Shown: positions 33,450 to 43,788 of the stretch, piece by piece | How positions within the stretch are numbered: the first letter of the stretch is position 1 | Layout: the number at the start of each line of letters is the position of its first letter | Assembly: GCA_963749355.1 (NCBI GenBank) | Contig: CAVVMM010000012.1 | Span: forward strand, 154,683 to 218,682 | DNA from: an uncultured Acidimicrobiaceae bacterium | Lineage (GTDB): Bacteria; Actinomycetota; Acidimicrobiia; Acidimicrobiales; RAAP-2 | Reading direction: 5' to 3' | Length of the DNA stretch: 64,000 nt | The notes under the pieces: generated by a model | Seen by the model: the letters and a program-made list of their open reading frames with translations, nothing else | The model's database searches: none | What the model was told of the DNA's origin: nothing | Position numbers and translations under genes: made by a program

Positions 33450-34510
33450 TGCGCCCTCACTCGGAGGTCTAATTCGCCGTATCGAAGACAGCGCGTCTGT
33501 CCGCCGTTGTCGACCGTGACGAGTTTCGGAACAGTCAACGAGCACCTCGGTTCGGCGAAGGGGCAGCGAGGGTGGTATCGGCAACCAGAGGGCGGATCCG
33601 TTGGACTAGCGGGTTGCCCTTCGAGTTGCGCTTGTTGATCTTCATCGCCAGTGATCGCGAGTTCATCACTGGCCGCCATAACCAAGGCTCGCGTATAGGG
33701 ATGGGTCGGCACGGTGACAACGCGCTCGGTTGAGCCCGCATTGATCACCTGCCCGCAGTACATCGTGACGACCCGGTCGCACATGTCGCTCACCACGGCC
33801 AGGTTGTGCGATATCAGCAGAATCGATAGGTCGTGCTCGTCGGAGATGGAGCGAAGCAATGCGATTATCTGTGCTTGCACGGTGACGTCGAGAGCCGTCG
33901 TTGGTTCGTCGGCAATGAGTAGCGCCGGATTCCCAGAAAGCGCCATTGCGATCATCACCCGTTGGCACATGCCGCCCGAGAGCTCGTGCGGATACGATCC
34001 AAATGAAGTTCGTGGACTTGGGATTCCCACTTGGCCCAGGAGCGACAGCGCATTCTTTTGAGCGTCGTCTTTGGAGAGCGTTGGGCTGTGAACACGGATG
34101 ACGTCGACGATCTGGCGTCCGATGGTTATCGCGGGGTTCAGTGAGGCGCGGGGCTCTTGGAAGATCATGCTCATCCGACGACCGCGAAGCGTCCTCAGCT
34201 CCTTCTGCGTGGCACCTAGCAACTCGAGGTTTGCAAATCGTATGCTTCCGGTCAGCCTGGTCCCGACCGGCGTCAAGCCCATGATGCTTAGCCCGGTGAG
34301 GGTCTTTCCGCTCCCGCTTTCGCCAACCAGGCCGACCAACTCGCTGCGGCCCACTGAGAACGTCACGTCATCGAGCAGCATCTGTTGTCCGAGCGCCAGG
34401 CGGAGCCCGCTGACCGAGACGAGTGGGTTCTCTTCGTCGTGGTCGCGCCAGACCGCATCGCCCAGACCTGCCGGGACTGTCTTCGACTTCACGGTCCTGC
34501 GCGTTTGCAA
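33446..34510 (-). CDS. Opp/Dpp-family ABC transporter ATPase (OppD-like)
   Basis: GESGSGKT, YPHELSGGM, ADEPTTALD, GCRYHPRC. Confidence 0.93.
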   Translation of the reverse strand: MQTRRTVKSKTVPAGLGDAVWRDHDEENPLVSVSGLRLALGQQMLLDDVTFSVGRSELVGLVGESGSGKTLTGLSIMGLTPVGTRLTGSIRFANLELLGATQKELRTLRGRRMSMIFQEPRASLNPAITIGRQIVDVIRVHSPTLSKDDAQKNALSLLGQVGIPSPRTSFGSYPHELSGGMCQRVMIAMALSGNPALLIADEPTTALDVTVQAQIIALLRSISDEHDLSILLISHNLAVVSDMCDRVVTMYCGQVINAGSTERVVTVPTHPYTRALVMAASDELAITGDEDQQAQLEGQPASPTDPPSGCRYHPRCPFAEPRCSLTVPKLVTVDNGGQTRCLRYGELDLRVRAQ

Positions 34511-34549
34511 AGTGCCCTCGTTCGCTGAGCTCTGAGCTCTACAGCGGCG

Positions 34550-35368
34550 CTAGTCCCCACTCAGCAATCCCTGGCTGAACATCTCCAGCGCCCCCCGTAC
34601 CCCCACTTCTTTGATGGCTCTTGATGTTGGTGCTCCGGTCTGAGCGTAGTGGTGCATCGCATCCATCTCGATTCCAATTGTCGCAGCCGTCCAGAAGCCC
34701 TGTAAAGCCGTTACTCGATTCAACGAGGCCTTCTGGCCCAACAGGACGTCGAGGGGGGAGCGGGAGATTCGTAGCGCGAGAGCGGTGACTTCGGCGGTCA
34801 ACTGATCGGAGGGCACGCAGAAGTTCGCCCAGCCCCAATTCACTGCGGTCTCTCCGTCAAGCGTGGAGCCGATGTCAAAGGCAATCTGTTTGGCGCGCCT
34901 GACCCCGACGGTGAGGGCGAGCAGCGGGGGAGTGAGACCAGCTCCCATGGGAAGTCTGGGTAGGCCGATTTGAACGTCAGAGCTCACTACGACGAGGTCG
35001 CAACACTCGCACAGCTGCGTGGCGGCGCCGAAGCAATAACCGTGAACACTGGCGATGACAACCTTCGGGAGCTCCCAGATCCGGCGAAAGGTTTCAAAGG
35101 GGCGGTTCATCCGTCCAAGCACCGAGGAGACCTCATCGGAGCCCCGTTCGCGGCCGAGCTCGTGACCCGACGAGAAGCCTTTCCCGCTGCCCTGAAAAAT
35201 CAGCACTTTGATCGACCGATCGGTAGCCAGATCAGCGAGAACATGGTCGATCTCTTCGAAGACCTGGGGGTTGAACGCGTTGCTCTTCGAGGGTCGATCG
35301 AGGAAGAGCCAGCACAGCGGACCCTCTTGCCGGACCCGAATTGTCTCGAACGATGTCTCTGTTAGCAC
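34550..35368 (-). CDS. Crotonase-superfamily protein (non-canonical active site)
   Basis: LDRPSKSNAF, FSSGHEL, PKVVIASVHG; GTG start inside the duplicated promoter/leader cassette. Confidence 0.85.
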   Translation of the reverse strand: MLTETSFETIRVRQEGPLCWLFLDRPSKSNAFNPQVFEEIDHVLADLATDRSIKVLIFQGSGKGFSSGHELGRERGSDEVSSVLGRMNRPFETFRRIWELPKVVIASVHGYCFGAATQLCECCDLVVVSSDVQIGLPRLPMGAGLTPPLLALTVGVRRAKQIAFDIGSTLDGETAVNWGWANFCVPSDQLTAEVTALALRISRSPLDVLLGQKASLNRVTALQGFWTAATIGIEMDAMHHYAQTGAPTSRAIKEVGVRGALEMFSQGLLSGD

Positions 35369-35455
35369 TATTCCCCCCAGCGGACGGCTCGCTCCCAACC
35401 GGCTGAATCAGTCGACTGAGGAGACTCTATCTAGCCCTGTCACCTCTGTCAAGCC
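35357..35455 (-). repeat. Copy A of ~100-bp promoter-operator-RBS cassette (inverted relative to copy B)
   Basis: About 90% identical by eye to 35787-35886; -35 TTGACA 35447-35452, -10 TAGAGT 35424-35429, palindrome 35408-35419. Confidence 0.92.
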
Positions 35456-35786
35456 CATACCAGGTCTCAATACGTGCGTGTCGGACACCGAACTATCTGG
35501 TAGCGAACAGTTCGAGAGTCACTCGACCCGTCAGGACGTGAGCGCCGGGCGTCGAAGGGCGCTCCTTGTCGATTTTCGTCACGGGCATTGTCGAGAAATA
35601 TTGGCTTCTCGCTGTCCCATCAACCCCTCAGCTTGAGGGGCCGGCGGGGGATGTCTTCTGACTCACCCGTTCAGCCCGCGTCGCCGACACTTGGATGGCT
35701 TGGAGGCCAACTCCTTCACGACGTCACGCAACGTGGGCCGAACTTTGGCTTCGCGAATGGGCCCATGGCGACGTGAGACCCGGTTT

Positions 35787-35886
35787 GGCTTGACAGCGGT
35801 ATCAGGGCTAGATAGAGTCTCCTCAGTCGACTGATTCAGCCGGTTTGAAGCGGGCCGCCCGCCTGGGGGGAATGGTGCTAACAGAG
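35787..35886 (+). repeat. Copy B of promoter-operator-RBS cassette
   Basis: TTGACA 35790-35795, 17-bp spacer, TAGAGT 35813-35818, TCAGTCGACTGA 35823-35834, then GGGGGGAATGGTGCTAACAGAG. Confidence 0.92.
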
Positions 35887-38439
35887 CAGCGCGACACTTT
35901 ACCGGCGGCCCTCGACGGATTGCGAGTTCTCGATCTGAGCGGGGGTGTTGCTGGTCAGTACTGCGCCAAACTCCTCGCCAGTTTTGGGGCAAGCACGGTG
36001 CTGATCGAACCCCCCGAGGGCGCATTCACTCGCACGATGGGACCAACCTTGTCCTCTGGCGAACTTTCCACACGATCGACGATGTTTCGGCACCTCAACC
36101 AAGGCAAGACGAGTGTCGTGGCGGATATGTCAACGCGAGAAGGCAAGGAGCGCGTGTCATTCTTCGCCAAGCGAGCGGACGTCGTAATTCGTGACGACAC
36201 GACGATCTTGGATTTCGATCTTGACCCGTCGACTATCGAGTGTGTGATCGGGGAGTTTCCTGACGTCGGTCCGTATAGGAGCTGGCGGGGCAGCGAGATG
36301 ATCCATCAGGCGATGTCAGGCACCATGTTCATGACGGGCCATTCCGGCCGCAAACCGCTCTACGGTCTTGGGCGCCGGGCCTACTTCGCGTGCGGGACCA
36401 CGGCTTGCGCGAGTGTGCTGGCAGCGCTCCACGAGCGAGACGCGTCGCGACTCGGTCAGGTTGTCAGAGCCACCGTGTTCGAGTCAGCCGCGGCGATCGG
36501 GCAGAACCTCGTTAGTCAGTACAGCTACTCAAAGACGTACGAGACCCGGCAACGATACCCCGGCTTTCTCGCTCTACTTAAGTGTCGAGACCAGTGGATG
36601 GTCTTGTTCGCCATCCGTCACTGGGAAGAATTGTGCCAGGTATTCGGACTCGAGCACTTTCTCGGCGACGACCGGTTCGCCACCCAGGCCGGACGCCTCG
36701 AGCACTGGCCCGAAGTGACTGATCTGCTTCAGGAACGGGCGGGGTCGCGCTCGGCCGCGGAGTTGGTTGATGCCCTACAACGAGCCCGGATCAGCGCCGA
36801 GGTCGTAGCTCCACTCGCAGAACTGGCTAAGTCGGCGCAGTGGGAGGCGAGGCGGATTCTGAGGGCGACCAGCGATCGAGGGGACCGAGTGGAAACGGCG
36901 CTCGGGCCTCCGTTCACGGTGGGCAGTACCGAGTACGTGGGCGCGAGGACAAGTCCGCGGCTGCTGAGAGGGTCGGATGCCGAGCGCGCGGCGAACAAGG
37001 TCGCGGCCGAGTGGGCGCAAGCGTCAGCGGGCAACGGACCTACTGCGAAAGTCCGCGATGTTGCACGTGACGTGAACCGCACGCCCGCAACCGATGCCGG
37101 ACCATTGGCCGGCTTGCGTGTGATCGACTTCACAACCGCATGGTCAGGTCCCTTCGCGGCCCGAAGCCTCGCGTACCTTGGCGCACAGGTCATCAAAATT
37201 GACGCGCCGAGTCACATGGATTCCTGGCGGGGCGCTCTCGACGGAGGTCGACGTGACTGGTACCCCGACCGAGAACCCGGGATCCACCCCTGGAATCGAT
37301 GCGTTCTCTTTAATACGCAGGGTCAAGGCAAGTGGTCACTTGGCCTCGACCTCAAGATCGCCGGAGCTCGGGATGTGCTGCTCAAGTTGGCCCAGGTCTC
37401 GGACGTCGTTATTGCCAACTTCACCCCCGGTGTTCTCGAGCGGCTCGGCATTGGCTACGACTCACTGAGCGAGCTGAACCCTGGCGTTATCGTCGTTGAG
37501 ATGCCGGCCTTCGGCCCGAACGGTCCCGATAGCGGTCACCAGGGGATGGGTAAGACGATGGAAGCGGCCAGCGGTATGGCCGCTCACATGGGCTACGGCG
37601 ACGGAACGCCGGTCCTTACGGGCCCGGCGTACCTCGATCCCATTGGCGGGCTGAACGCGGTGGCCGCCACACTGATGGCGCTTCACTATCGAAATCAAAC
37701 GGGTCGCGGTTGCCGGGTCGAGGTGCCACAGGTTGAGGCGAGTCTGCACTGGATTGGCGAACACGTCCTCCACCAGGCCGAAGCCGTCGACGCCTGGGTG
37801 CCCGATGGCAATGCGGTGCCGTACGCGGCGCCCCACGACGCTTACCCGTCGGCCGGTGAAGATGAGTGGATCGCCATTGCCGTGGGGGACGACGATGAAT
37901 GGCTGTCCCTGTGCAAGCAGATGGACCGCCTGGATCTGGCTGAGTTGCCGAAGTACTCCGACCTCGATGGCCGGAAAGATCATCGTGAGGAATTGGACGC
38001 GATCATCAGCCAGTGGACCAGTCAATTCAAGAAGCAGGAACTAGCGGCGAGCTTGCAACTCGTCGGCGTTGCAGCCGCACCCGTGGCCAACGGTGCGGAT
38101 GTGGCCGCTGACGAGGCTCTGCTGGCCACACACTTCATCGAACAGCTCTCTCATCGCGAAGCGGGCTCTCACCGCTATCCCACCCTTTCGTACCTCTTGA
38201 CTCGCACCCCCGGTGGTGTGCCTCGCGCTGCTCCGTGCTTTGGCGAACAGAACGATGCCGTCCTGCGAGATGTGCTGAGTCTTCCCGACGCGCTGATCGG
38301 GGAGTTGAGGCGCTCAGGTGCCGTCGCCGAAGGCCCCATCATGGCGTCTCCCCAAGGAGCGTCAGCCCAAGAGAAGCGATTGGATCCACCAAGTTCCGGC
38401 GTTTCAGACTCAACGTCCGTAGCCGCGGAAACGACGTAA
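35872..38439 (+). CDS. Double-domain family III CoA-transferase
   Basis: Two L.GLRV.D domains; the second has NFTPGV.ERLG and the catalytic-Asp motif YLDPIGG. Confidence 0.9.
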   Translation: MVLTEQRDTLPAALDGLRVLDLSGGVAGQYCAKLLASFGASTVLIEPPEGAFTRTMGPTLSSGELSTRSTMFRHLNQGKTSVVADMSTREGKERVSFFAKRADVVIRDDTTILDFDLDPSTIECVIGEFPDVGPYRSWRGSEMIHQAMSGTMFMTGHSGRKPLYGLGRRAYFACGTTACASVLAALHERDASRLGQVVRATVFESAAAIGQNLVSQYSYSKTYETRQRYPGFLALLKCRDQWMVLFAIRHWEELCQVFGLEHFLGDDRFATQAGRLEHWPEVTDLLQERAGSRSAAELVDALQRARISAEVVAPLAELAKSAQWEARRILRATSDRGDRVETALGPPFTVGSTEYVGARTSPRLLRGSDAERAANKVAAEWAQASAGNGPTAKVRDVARDVNRTPATDAGPLAGLRVIDFTTAWSGPFAARSLAYLGAQVIKIDAPSHMDSWRGALDGGRRDWYPDREPGIHPWNRCVLFNTQGQGKWSLGLDLKIAGARDVLLKLAQVSDVVIANFTPGVLERLGIGYDSLSELNPGVIVVEMPAFGPNGPDSGHQGMGKTMEAASGMAAHMGYGDGTPVLTGPAYLDPIGGLNAVAATLMALHYRNQTGRGCRVEVPQVEASLHWIGEHVLHQAEAVDAWVPDGNAVPYAAPHDAYPSAGEDEWIAIAVGDDDEWLSLCKQMDRLDLAELPKYSDLDGRKDHREELDAIISQWTSQFKKQELAASLQLVGVAAAPVANGADVAADEALLATHFIEQLSHREAGSHRYPTLSYLLTRTPGGVPRAAPCFGEQNDAVLRDVLSLPDALIGELRRSGAVAEGPIMASPQGASAQEKRLDPPSSGVSDSTSVAAETT

Positions 38440-38458
38440 CCATGCGAAGGAGATTGCC

Positions 38459-39298
38459 ATGAAAGTACCCGACTATGAATCGATTGCCCTAGCCATTGAC
38501 GGACCGGTCGTCACGGTAACGCTCAATAGACCAGAGCAAATGAATGCTTGGGACTGGCAAATGCACCGCGAACTGCGCCACGCCTACGCCTTGCTCGACG
38601 CCGATGACGAAGTACGCGCCATCGTTCTCACGGGTGCGGGCCGAGCGTTTTGCGCCGGCGCGGCGCTTGCTCCGAAGGGGACGACTTTTGACGGATCGCA
38701 AGATAGATCAGCGTGGGACGAGCGCTACCCGGGCGAGGTCCGTGACGCGCCCGAACTCCTGACTCCTGTCATTGCGGCGATCAATGGCGCGGCCGTAGGG
38801 GCCGGCGCCACGATGGCCGTAAGTTGCGACATCCGCATTGCCGCCTCCGACGCCAAGATCGGCTTCGTCTTCAATCGACGCGGAGTCATGCCGGACGCGG
38901 ATCTCATTTGGTACCTTCCTCGCCTGATCGGGTACTCCCGCGCGATGGACGTGCTGCTCACGGGCCGGATCTTCACCGGCCTGGAGGCTGAAGAGATGGG
39001 TCTTGTTTCGAAGGCGGTGGCGCGCGAGGACGTCCTAACAACTGCGCAAGCGCTGGCCCACGACATCGCGGACAACGTTGCACCGGTCTCCGCGGCGATC
39101 ACCAAACAGCTCGGGCGGCAGTTCCTCGTCGAGAACGATCGCGGACGCGCCCTCGAACGCGAGCGGGATCTCTTTCGATGGACGGGTCAGCGAGCCGACG
39201 CCCGAGAAGGTGTCGAGGCGTTCTTGGAGAAGCGGCCGGCTAGGTGGACCCTGTCGAAGAACAGGGATCTGCCTGAGGAACTCGGCGTACAGCGATGA
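38459..39298 (+). CDS. Enoyl-CoA hydratase/isomerase
   Basis: LNRPEQMNA, AFCAGA, PVIAAINGAAVG, EGVEAFLEKR. Confidence 0.9.
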   Translation: MKVPDYESIALAIDGPVVTVTLNRPEQMNAWDWQMHRELRHAYALLDADDEVRAIVLTGAGRAFCAGAALAPKGTTFDGSQDRSAWDERYPGEVRDAPELLTPVIAAINGAAVGAGATMAVSCDIRIAASDAKIGFVFNRRGVMPDADLIWYLPRLIGYSRAMDVLLTGRIFTGLEAEEMGLVSKAVAREDVLTTAQALAHDIADNVAPVSAAITKQLGRQFLVENDRGRALERERDLFRWTGQRADAREGVEAFLEKRPARWTLSKNRDLPEELGVQR

Positions 39299-40327
39299 GG
39301 CTTGGCGTCCCGATCGGTCGAGGCACGCCGGAAAATCTGGCGAAGAGAGCCAGCGACCTCGAACACCTCGGGGCCGACATCCTGTGGGTGTCTGAGCTTT
39401 ATGGTTTCGACGGCGTCAGTCTCATGGGTTTCCTGGCCTGCGCCACCAAACGAGTCCTCATTGGCTCGAACATTCTGCCGTTCTACTCGAGGACACCGTC
39501 ACTGCTCGCGATGAGCGCCGCGGGCGTCGATGCCCTATCGGGCGGGCGGTGCATCTTGGGCATTGGAGCATCGGGTCCACAAGTGATCGAAGGCTTCCAT
39601 GGGGTGCCGTTTGACGGCCCGGTGGGCCGGGTCGAAGAGATCATTGAGATCTGCCACACGATCTGGCGGCGGGATCCTCTTATGCACCAAGGGAGGTATT
39701 ACGAGATGCCGCTGGTCGCGAACGACGGTCCTTCGCTCGGGAAGCCGCTCAAGATGATTGACCATCCGGTTCGTGATCGGATTCCGATCTTCCTTGCCGC
39801 ACTCGGAGCGCGAAACGTTGAAACCGCTGCTCGATACGCCGACGGCTGGCTGCCAATCTTCTTCTGGCCCGAGCGATGGGCCCGAGTGTGGTCAGAGCCG
39901 CTCGATGCCGGTCTGGCATCGAGAGCAGCAGGGTTAGGGCCGCTGGAGGTGGTGGCGAGCACGACCATCGCGGTCGGCGAAAAGCTCGATGATCTTCGAG
40001 AGGCGGTACGTCCGCAGCTCGCCCTCTACATCGGTGGGATGGGCGCCAAAGAGAAGAATTTCTACAACGACCTGGCCTGTCGTTATGGCCTGGGGGGTCC
40101 CGCTGGCTGAGATCCAGGATCACTACTTAGCGGGCCGGCGAGACGAAGCCGCTCGCGCGGTGCCCGACGAGCTCGTCGACGGTACGACGGTTATTGGATC
40201 GCCGGGATTCGTCAAAGAGCGGCTGGCGGCATACAAGGAGGCCGGCGTCACCGTACTGAACGTGAGAGCCGTTGGCCCGGATCCGATGAGAGATCTGGAG
40301 TTTGTGCGGGAGTGGATCGATGGTTAG
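39295..40327 (+). CDS. LLM-class, probably F420-dependent, oxidoreductase with one frameshift near 40100
   Basis: E.YGFD, GASGPQVIEGFHG, ALYIGGMG..NFYN; C-terminus AEIQDHYLAG.. continues in the +1 frame next to a G-run. Confidence 0.85.
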
Positions 40328-40398
40328 CCCGGCCGCGCTGAGTGGCGCGCGGGTTGACGGACTAGGCCGAGAAGGCAGCGCGTGAAAGGAAGGACAGC

Positions 40399-41514
40399 AT
40401 GATTTTTGGCTTTAGCGAGGAACAAGAGGAGTTACGACGCGTTGTACGTCGATTCATCGAGAACAAGTCTCCCTCCACCGAGGTCCGTCGTCTGATGGAG
40501 ACCGTAGAGGGCTACGACCCTGCCGTTTGGTTACAGATGGCGAACGAACTGGGCTTGCAGGCCCTGATAGTTCCGGAGAAGTTCGGGGGCGCCGGGTTCG
40601 GCTACGTGGAGTTGATCGTGGTACTCGAGGAGATGGGCCGAGGTCTTCTGTGCGCTCCCTACTTCGCCACGGTGGCTCTGGCGACGAACGCGCTCCTGCA
40701 GTCGGAGGACGAATTAGCCAAGTCCGACTACCTGCCGGGAATAGCGAGCGGACAGACGATTGCGACGCTCGCGATCACCGAACCCAGCGGACGCTGGGAT
40801 CTCGGCGGTACCGAGTTCATGGCGGTGCAGTCGGGCGAGGGATGGCTCTTGTCAGGCGTCAAGTCGTTCGTGCTCGATGGCTGCACGGCATCGTTGATTC
40901 TTGTAACGGCGCGGACGCAAGAGGGTCTATCGCTCTTCGCGGTTGATGGCAACTCGGCGGGGCTCACGCGAACTTCGTTATCGACCTTGGACCAGACTCG
41001 CAAGCAAGCCAAGCTGGAGTTCGAACGAGTGCCGGGACGACTGATCGGGGGCGATGGCGCCGCCGGACCGGGCTTGACCAAGACCCTCGATTTTGCTGCG
41101 GTCGCGTTAGCGGCCGAGCAGGTCGGCGGTGCGCAGCGCGTGCTGGAAATGAGTGTCGAGTATGCCAAGCTCCGCGAACAGTTTGGCCGACCTATCGGCT
41201 CGTTCCAGGCCATCAAGCACAAATGTGCTGACATGTTGCTCGAAGTTGAATCCGCGAAGTCCGCTGCCTACTACGCGGGGTGGGTCGCCGCGGAGGACAC
41301 TGACGAACTCCCAGCGACGGCCAGTTTGGCGAAGGCCTACTGCTCGGAAGCCTTCTTTCACGCGGCGGCGGAGAACATCCAGATTCACGGAGGCATCGGG
41401 TTCACCTGGGAGCACGACGCTCACCTGTACTTCAAGCGAGCGAAGTCGTCGGAGTTGTTCCTGGGCACGCCGGACTATCATCGGGAACTTCTCGCCCAAC
41501 GTATCGGCATCTGA
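40399..41514 (+). CDS. Acyl-CoA dehydrogenase, FadE27/28/32-like partner subunit
   Basis: REQFGRPIGSFQAIKH, IQIHGGIGFTWEHDAHLY. Confidence 0.9.
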   Translation: MIFGFSEEQEELRRVVRRFIENKSPSTEVRRLMETVEGYDPAVWLQMANELGLQALIVPEKFGGAGFGYVELIVVLEEMGRGLLCAPYFATVALATNALLQSEDELAKSDYLPGIASGQTIATLAITEPSGRWDLGGTEFMAVQSGEGWLLSGVKSFVLDGCTASLILVTARTQEGLSLFAVDGNSAGLTRTSLSTLDQTRKQAKLEFERVPGRLIGGDGAAGPGLTKTLDFAAVALAAEQVGGAQRVLEMSVEYAKLREQFGRPIGSFQAIKHKCADMLLEVESAKSAAYYAGWVAAEDTDELPATASLAKAYCSEAFFHAAAENIQIHGGIGFTWEHDAHLYFKRAKSSELFLGTPDYHRELLAQRIGI

Positions 41515-41550
41515 TCCCTGCGACCTTGCCCTATGAGCGGAGTGTGGTAA

Positions 41551-42771
41551 ATGGCTGAGGCATTCCTCGTTGGAGGCGTTCGTACGGCGCAGGGACGCTA
41601 CGGAGGGGTTCTGGCTTCGGTGCGTCCAGACGACTTGGCTGCGTTGATGGTGCGAGAAGTGGTCGGCCGCACCGGCATCCCCGCAGAAATGATTGACGAG
41701 GTAGTGCTTGGTGCGGCGAACCAAGCCGGGGAGGACAACCGTGACGTCGCGCGGATGGCCGTCCTCTTGGCTGGTCTGCCCGATACGGTTCCGGGCTACA
41801 CGGTGAACCGGCTTTGCGCCAGCGGTCTGACGGCCGTTGCCTGCGCGGCGCAGGCCATCCGCTCAAACGAAGCGGAGCTCGTGATAGCCGGTGGCGTGGA
41901 GTCGATGACGAGAGCGCCTTGGGTCATCGTGAAGCCGGGCACACCCTGGTCTCGTCCCGGCGAGCTGGCCGATACGTCACTGGGGTGGCGATTCATCAAT
42001 CCGGCCTTCGCTTCACACGACGCGGCCATCCCTGTCGGGTCAACTCCGGAAACTCGAAAGATGACCTTATCGATGGGCGAAACGGCTGAGGAGGTCGCCG
42101 TACTGGACGGCGTCACGCGCGAAGAGAGTGACGAATTTGCGTTGCGCAGCCACGAGCGGGCGATCGCGGCGATGGACGCTGGACACTTCGCGAGCGAGAT
42201 CGTGCCGGTACCGACTAAGAGCGGTGAGGTGGTACTCGATGAGGGACCTCGGCGAGACACGACACTCGAGAAGTTAGGGACCCTGCGTCCGGTATTCCGC
42301 CCGAATGGCGTCGTAACGGCTGGCTCCTCGTCTCCACTGTCTGATGGTGCGGCTGCGGTGTTGGTGGCGAGCGAACGAGCGCTGGAACGCTACGGTCTGG
42401 TGCCGCGAGCACGCGTCGTCGCTAGTGCTAGTGCGGGAGTTCCACCGAACCTCATGGGGCTGGGTCCAGTACCTGCGACCGAGAAGGCGATGTCAATGGC
42501 TGGTTGGACGATCGGCGACATCGGCTCGGTGGAACTCAACGAAGCGTTCGCTGTTCAAAGTCTTGCGGTGATGAGGCGACTCAAACTCGACGGCGAAGTC
42601 GTAAATGCTGACGGCGGTGCCATCGCGCTGGGTCATCCACTTGGCTGCTCCGGGGCCAGGTTGCTAGTGACGCTGCTAGGTCGCCTAGAACGCGAAGGTA
42701 CCCGCCGCGGGCTGGCAACCCTCTGCGTTGGGGTGGGCCAAGGCGTCGCGATGCTGGTCGAGCGGGTATGA
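41551..42771 (+). CDS. Thiolase, 3-oxoadipyl-CoA (PcaF/PaaJ)-like
   Basis: ANQAGEDNR, TVNRLCASG, DTSLGWRFINP, NEAFA, CVGVGQG. Confidence 0.88.
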   Translation: MAEAFLVGGVRTAQGRYGGVLASVRPDDLAALMVREVVGRTGIPAEMIDEVVLGAANQAGEDNRDVARMAVLLAGLPDTVPGYTVNRLCASGLTAVACAAQAIRSNEAELVIAGGVESMTRAPWVIVKPGTPWSRPGELADTSLGWRFINPAFASHDAAIPVGSTPETRKMTLSMGETAEEVAVLDGVTREESDEFALRSHERAIAAMDAGHFASEIVPVPTKSGEVVLDEGPRRDTTLEKLGTLRPVFRPNGVVTAGSSSPLSDGAAAVLVASERALERYGLVPRARVVASASAGVPPNLMGLGPVPATEKAMSMAGWTIGDIGSVELNEAFAVQSLAVMRRLKLDGEVVNADGGAIALGHPLGCSGARLLVTLLGRLEREGTRRGLATLCVGVGQGVAMLVERV

Positions 42772-42817
42772 GAAGCCATACGCCAAAGGCCTTGCCAGTT
42801 GATCGAAGGAGGGTCTC

Positions 42818-43663
42818 GTGAGCGGAGCTATTGGTGTCGTGGGCGGCGGGCGGATGGGAGCGGGCATTGCGCAAGTCTTTGGCGTCATTGGCTATGACGT
42901 CGTTGTCAGTGAAAGTAGCGAGGAAGAGGTTCTCGCCGCCCAGCGACGAGTTCGCGATGGTCTGCAGCGAGCGATTGAACATGGCGCGTCGGGCTTCGAT
43001 CCCGAAGTTGTGCTGGGGCGCGTGGAGGTTGTCGCCGACGTCGCAGAGTTGCCAACTGACGCCCAGCTCGTTGTGGAGGCCGTTCCTGAAGATATGGCCC
43101 TCAAGATCGAAGTGCTGAGGGCGATCGAACAAGCGGTGTCGGCGACTTGCGTGATAGCCAGTAATACGAGTTCGCTGTCCATCAACCAGCTGGCGACTTC
43201 GCTCAACAAGCCCGAGCGTTTCGCCGGCATGCACTTCTTCAATCCGGTTCCCTCCTCGCTGCTCGTCGAGCTCGTGGTCGGCGGGCAGACATCGCCCGAG
43301 ATCGTTTCGAGGCTGTCCGCTTGGGTTCAAGAGCTTGGAAAGAGTTCGATCACCGTCAAGGATTCGCCGGGTTTCGCCACGAGTCGACTCGGTGTTCTGC
43401 TTGGTCTTGAGGCCATGCGCATGCTTGAGGAGGGGGTAGCCAGCGCTGAAGACATTGACCGGGCAATGGAACTTGGCTATCGACACCCAATGGGTCCATT
43501 GCGTTCGACCGATCTAGTCGGTCTTGATGTGAGGTTGGCGATTGCCGAGTACCTCAGTCGAACGCTGGGCGAGCGATTCAGTCCGCCGCAGCTACTTCGA
43601 GAAAAGGTCAGACGAGGCGAACTTGGACGAAAGACCGGTCAGGGATTCTTTCGATGGGAGTGA
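42818..43663 (+). CDS. 3-hydroxyacyl-CoA dehydrogenase
   Basis: GGGRMG.GIA, EAVPE, SNTSS, GMHFFNP, HPMGP. Confidence 0.92.
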   Translation: MSGAIGVVGGGRMGAGIAQVFGVIGYDVVVSESSEEEVLAAQRRVRDGLQRAIEHGASGFDPEVVLGRVEVVADVAELPTDAQLVVEAVPEDMALKIEVLRAIEQAVSATCVIASNTSSLSINQLATSLNKPERFAGMHFFNPVPSSLLVELVVGGQTSPEIVSRLSAWVQELGKSSITVKDSPGFATSRLGVLLGLEAMRMLEEGVASAEDIDRAMELGYRHPMGPLRSTDLVGLDVRLAIAEYLSRTLGERFSPPQLLREKVRRGELGRKTGQGFFRWE

Positions 43664-43788
43664 GCGGGATCGTTGGCGGTGTGAATGCGAGATCGATCAA
43701 GGGTGCGCTGGAACAGTTCGGCAACGAATGTAGTGCCTCGCGCTTGCAATCACGACGCGCGCTTGGCGTTGGCGAATACTGAACGTTC

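Noticed and set aside
35456-35786. Invertible phase-variation switch between the inverted repeats
   Set aside because: Both promoters lie inside the repeats, so inverting the spacer would not change their orientation, and no invertase is nearby.
40085-40110. Programmed frameshift or slippage switch in the LLM gene
   Set aside because: Only a G6 run with no stimulatory structure is visible, and an error or simple indel is more parsimonious given the other indels.
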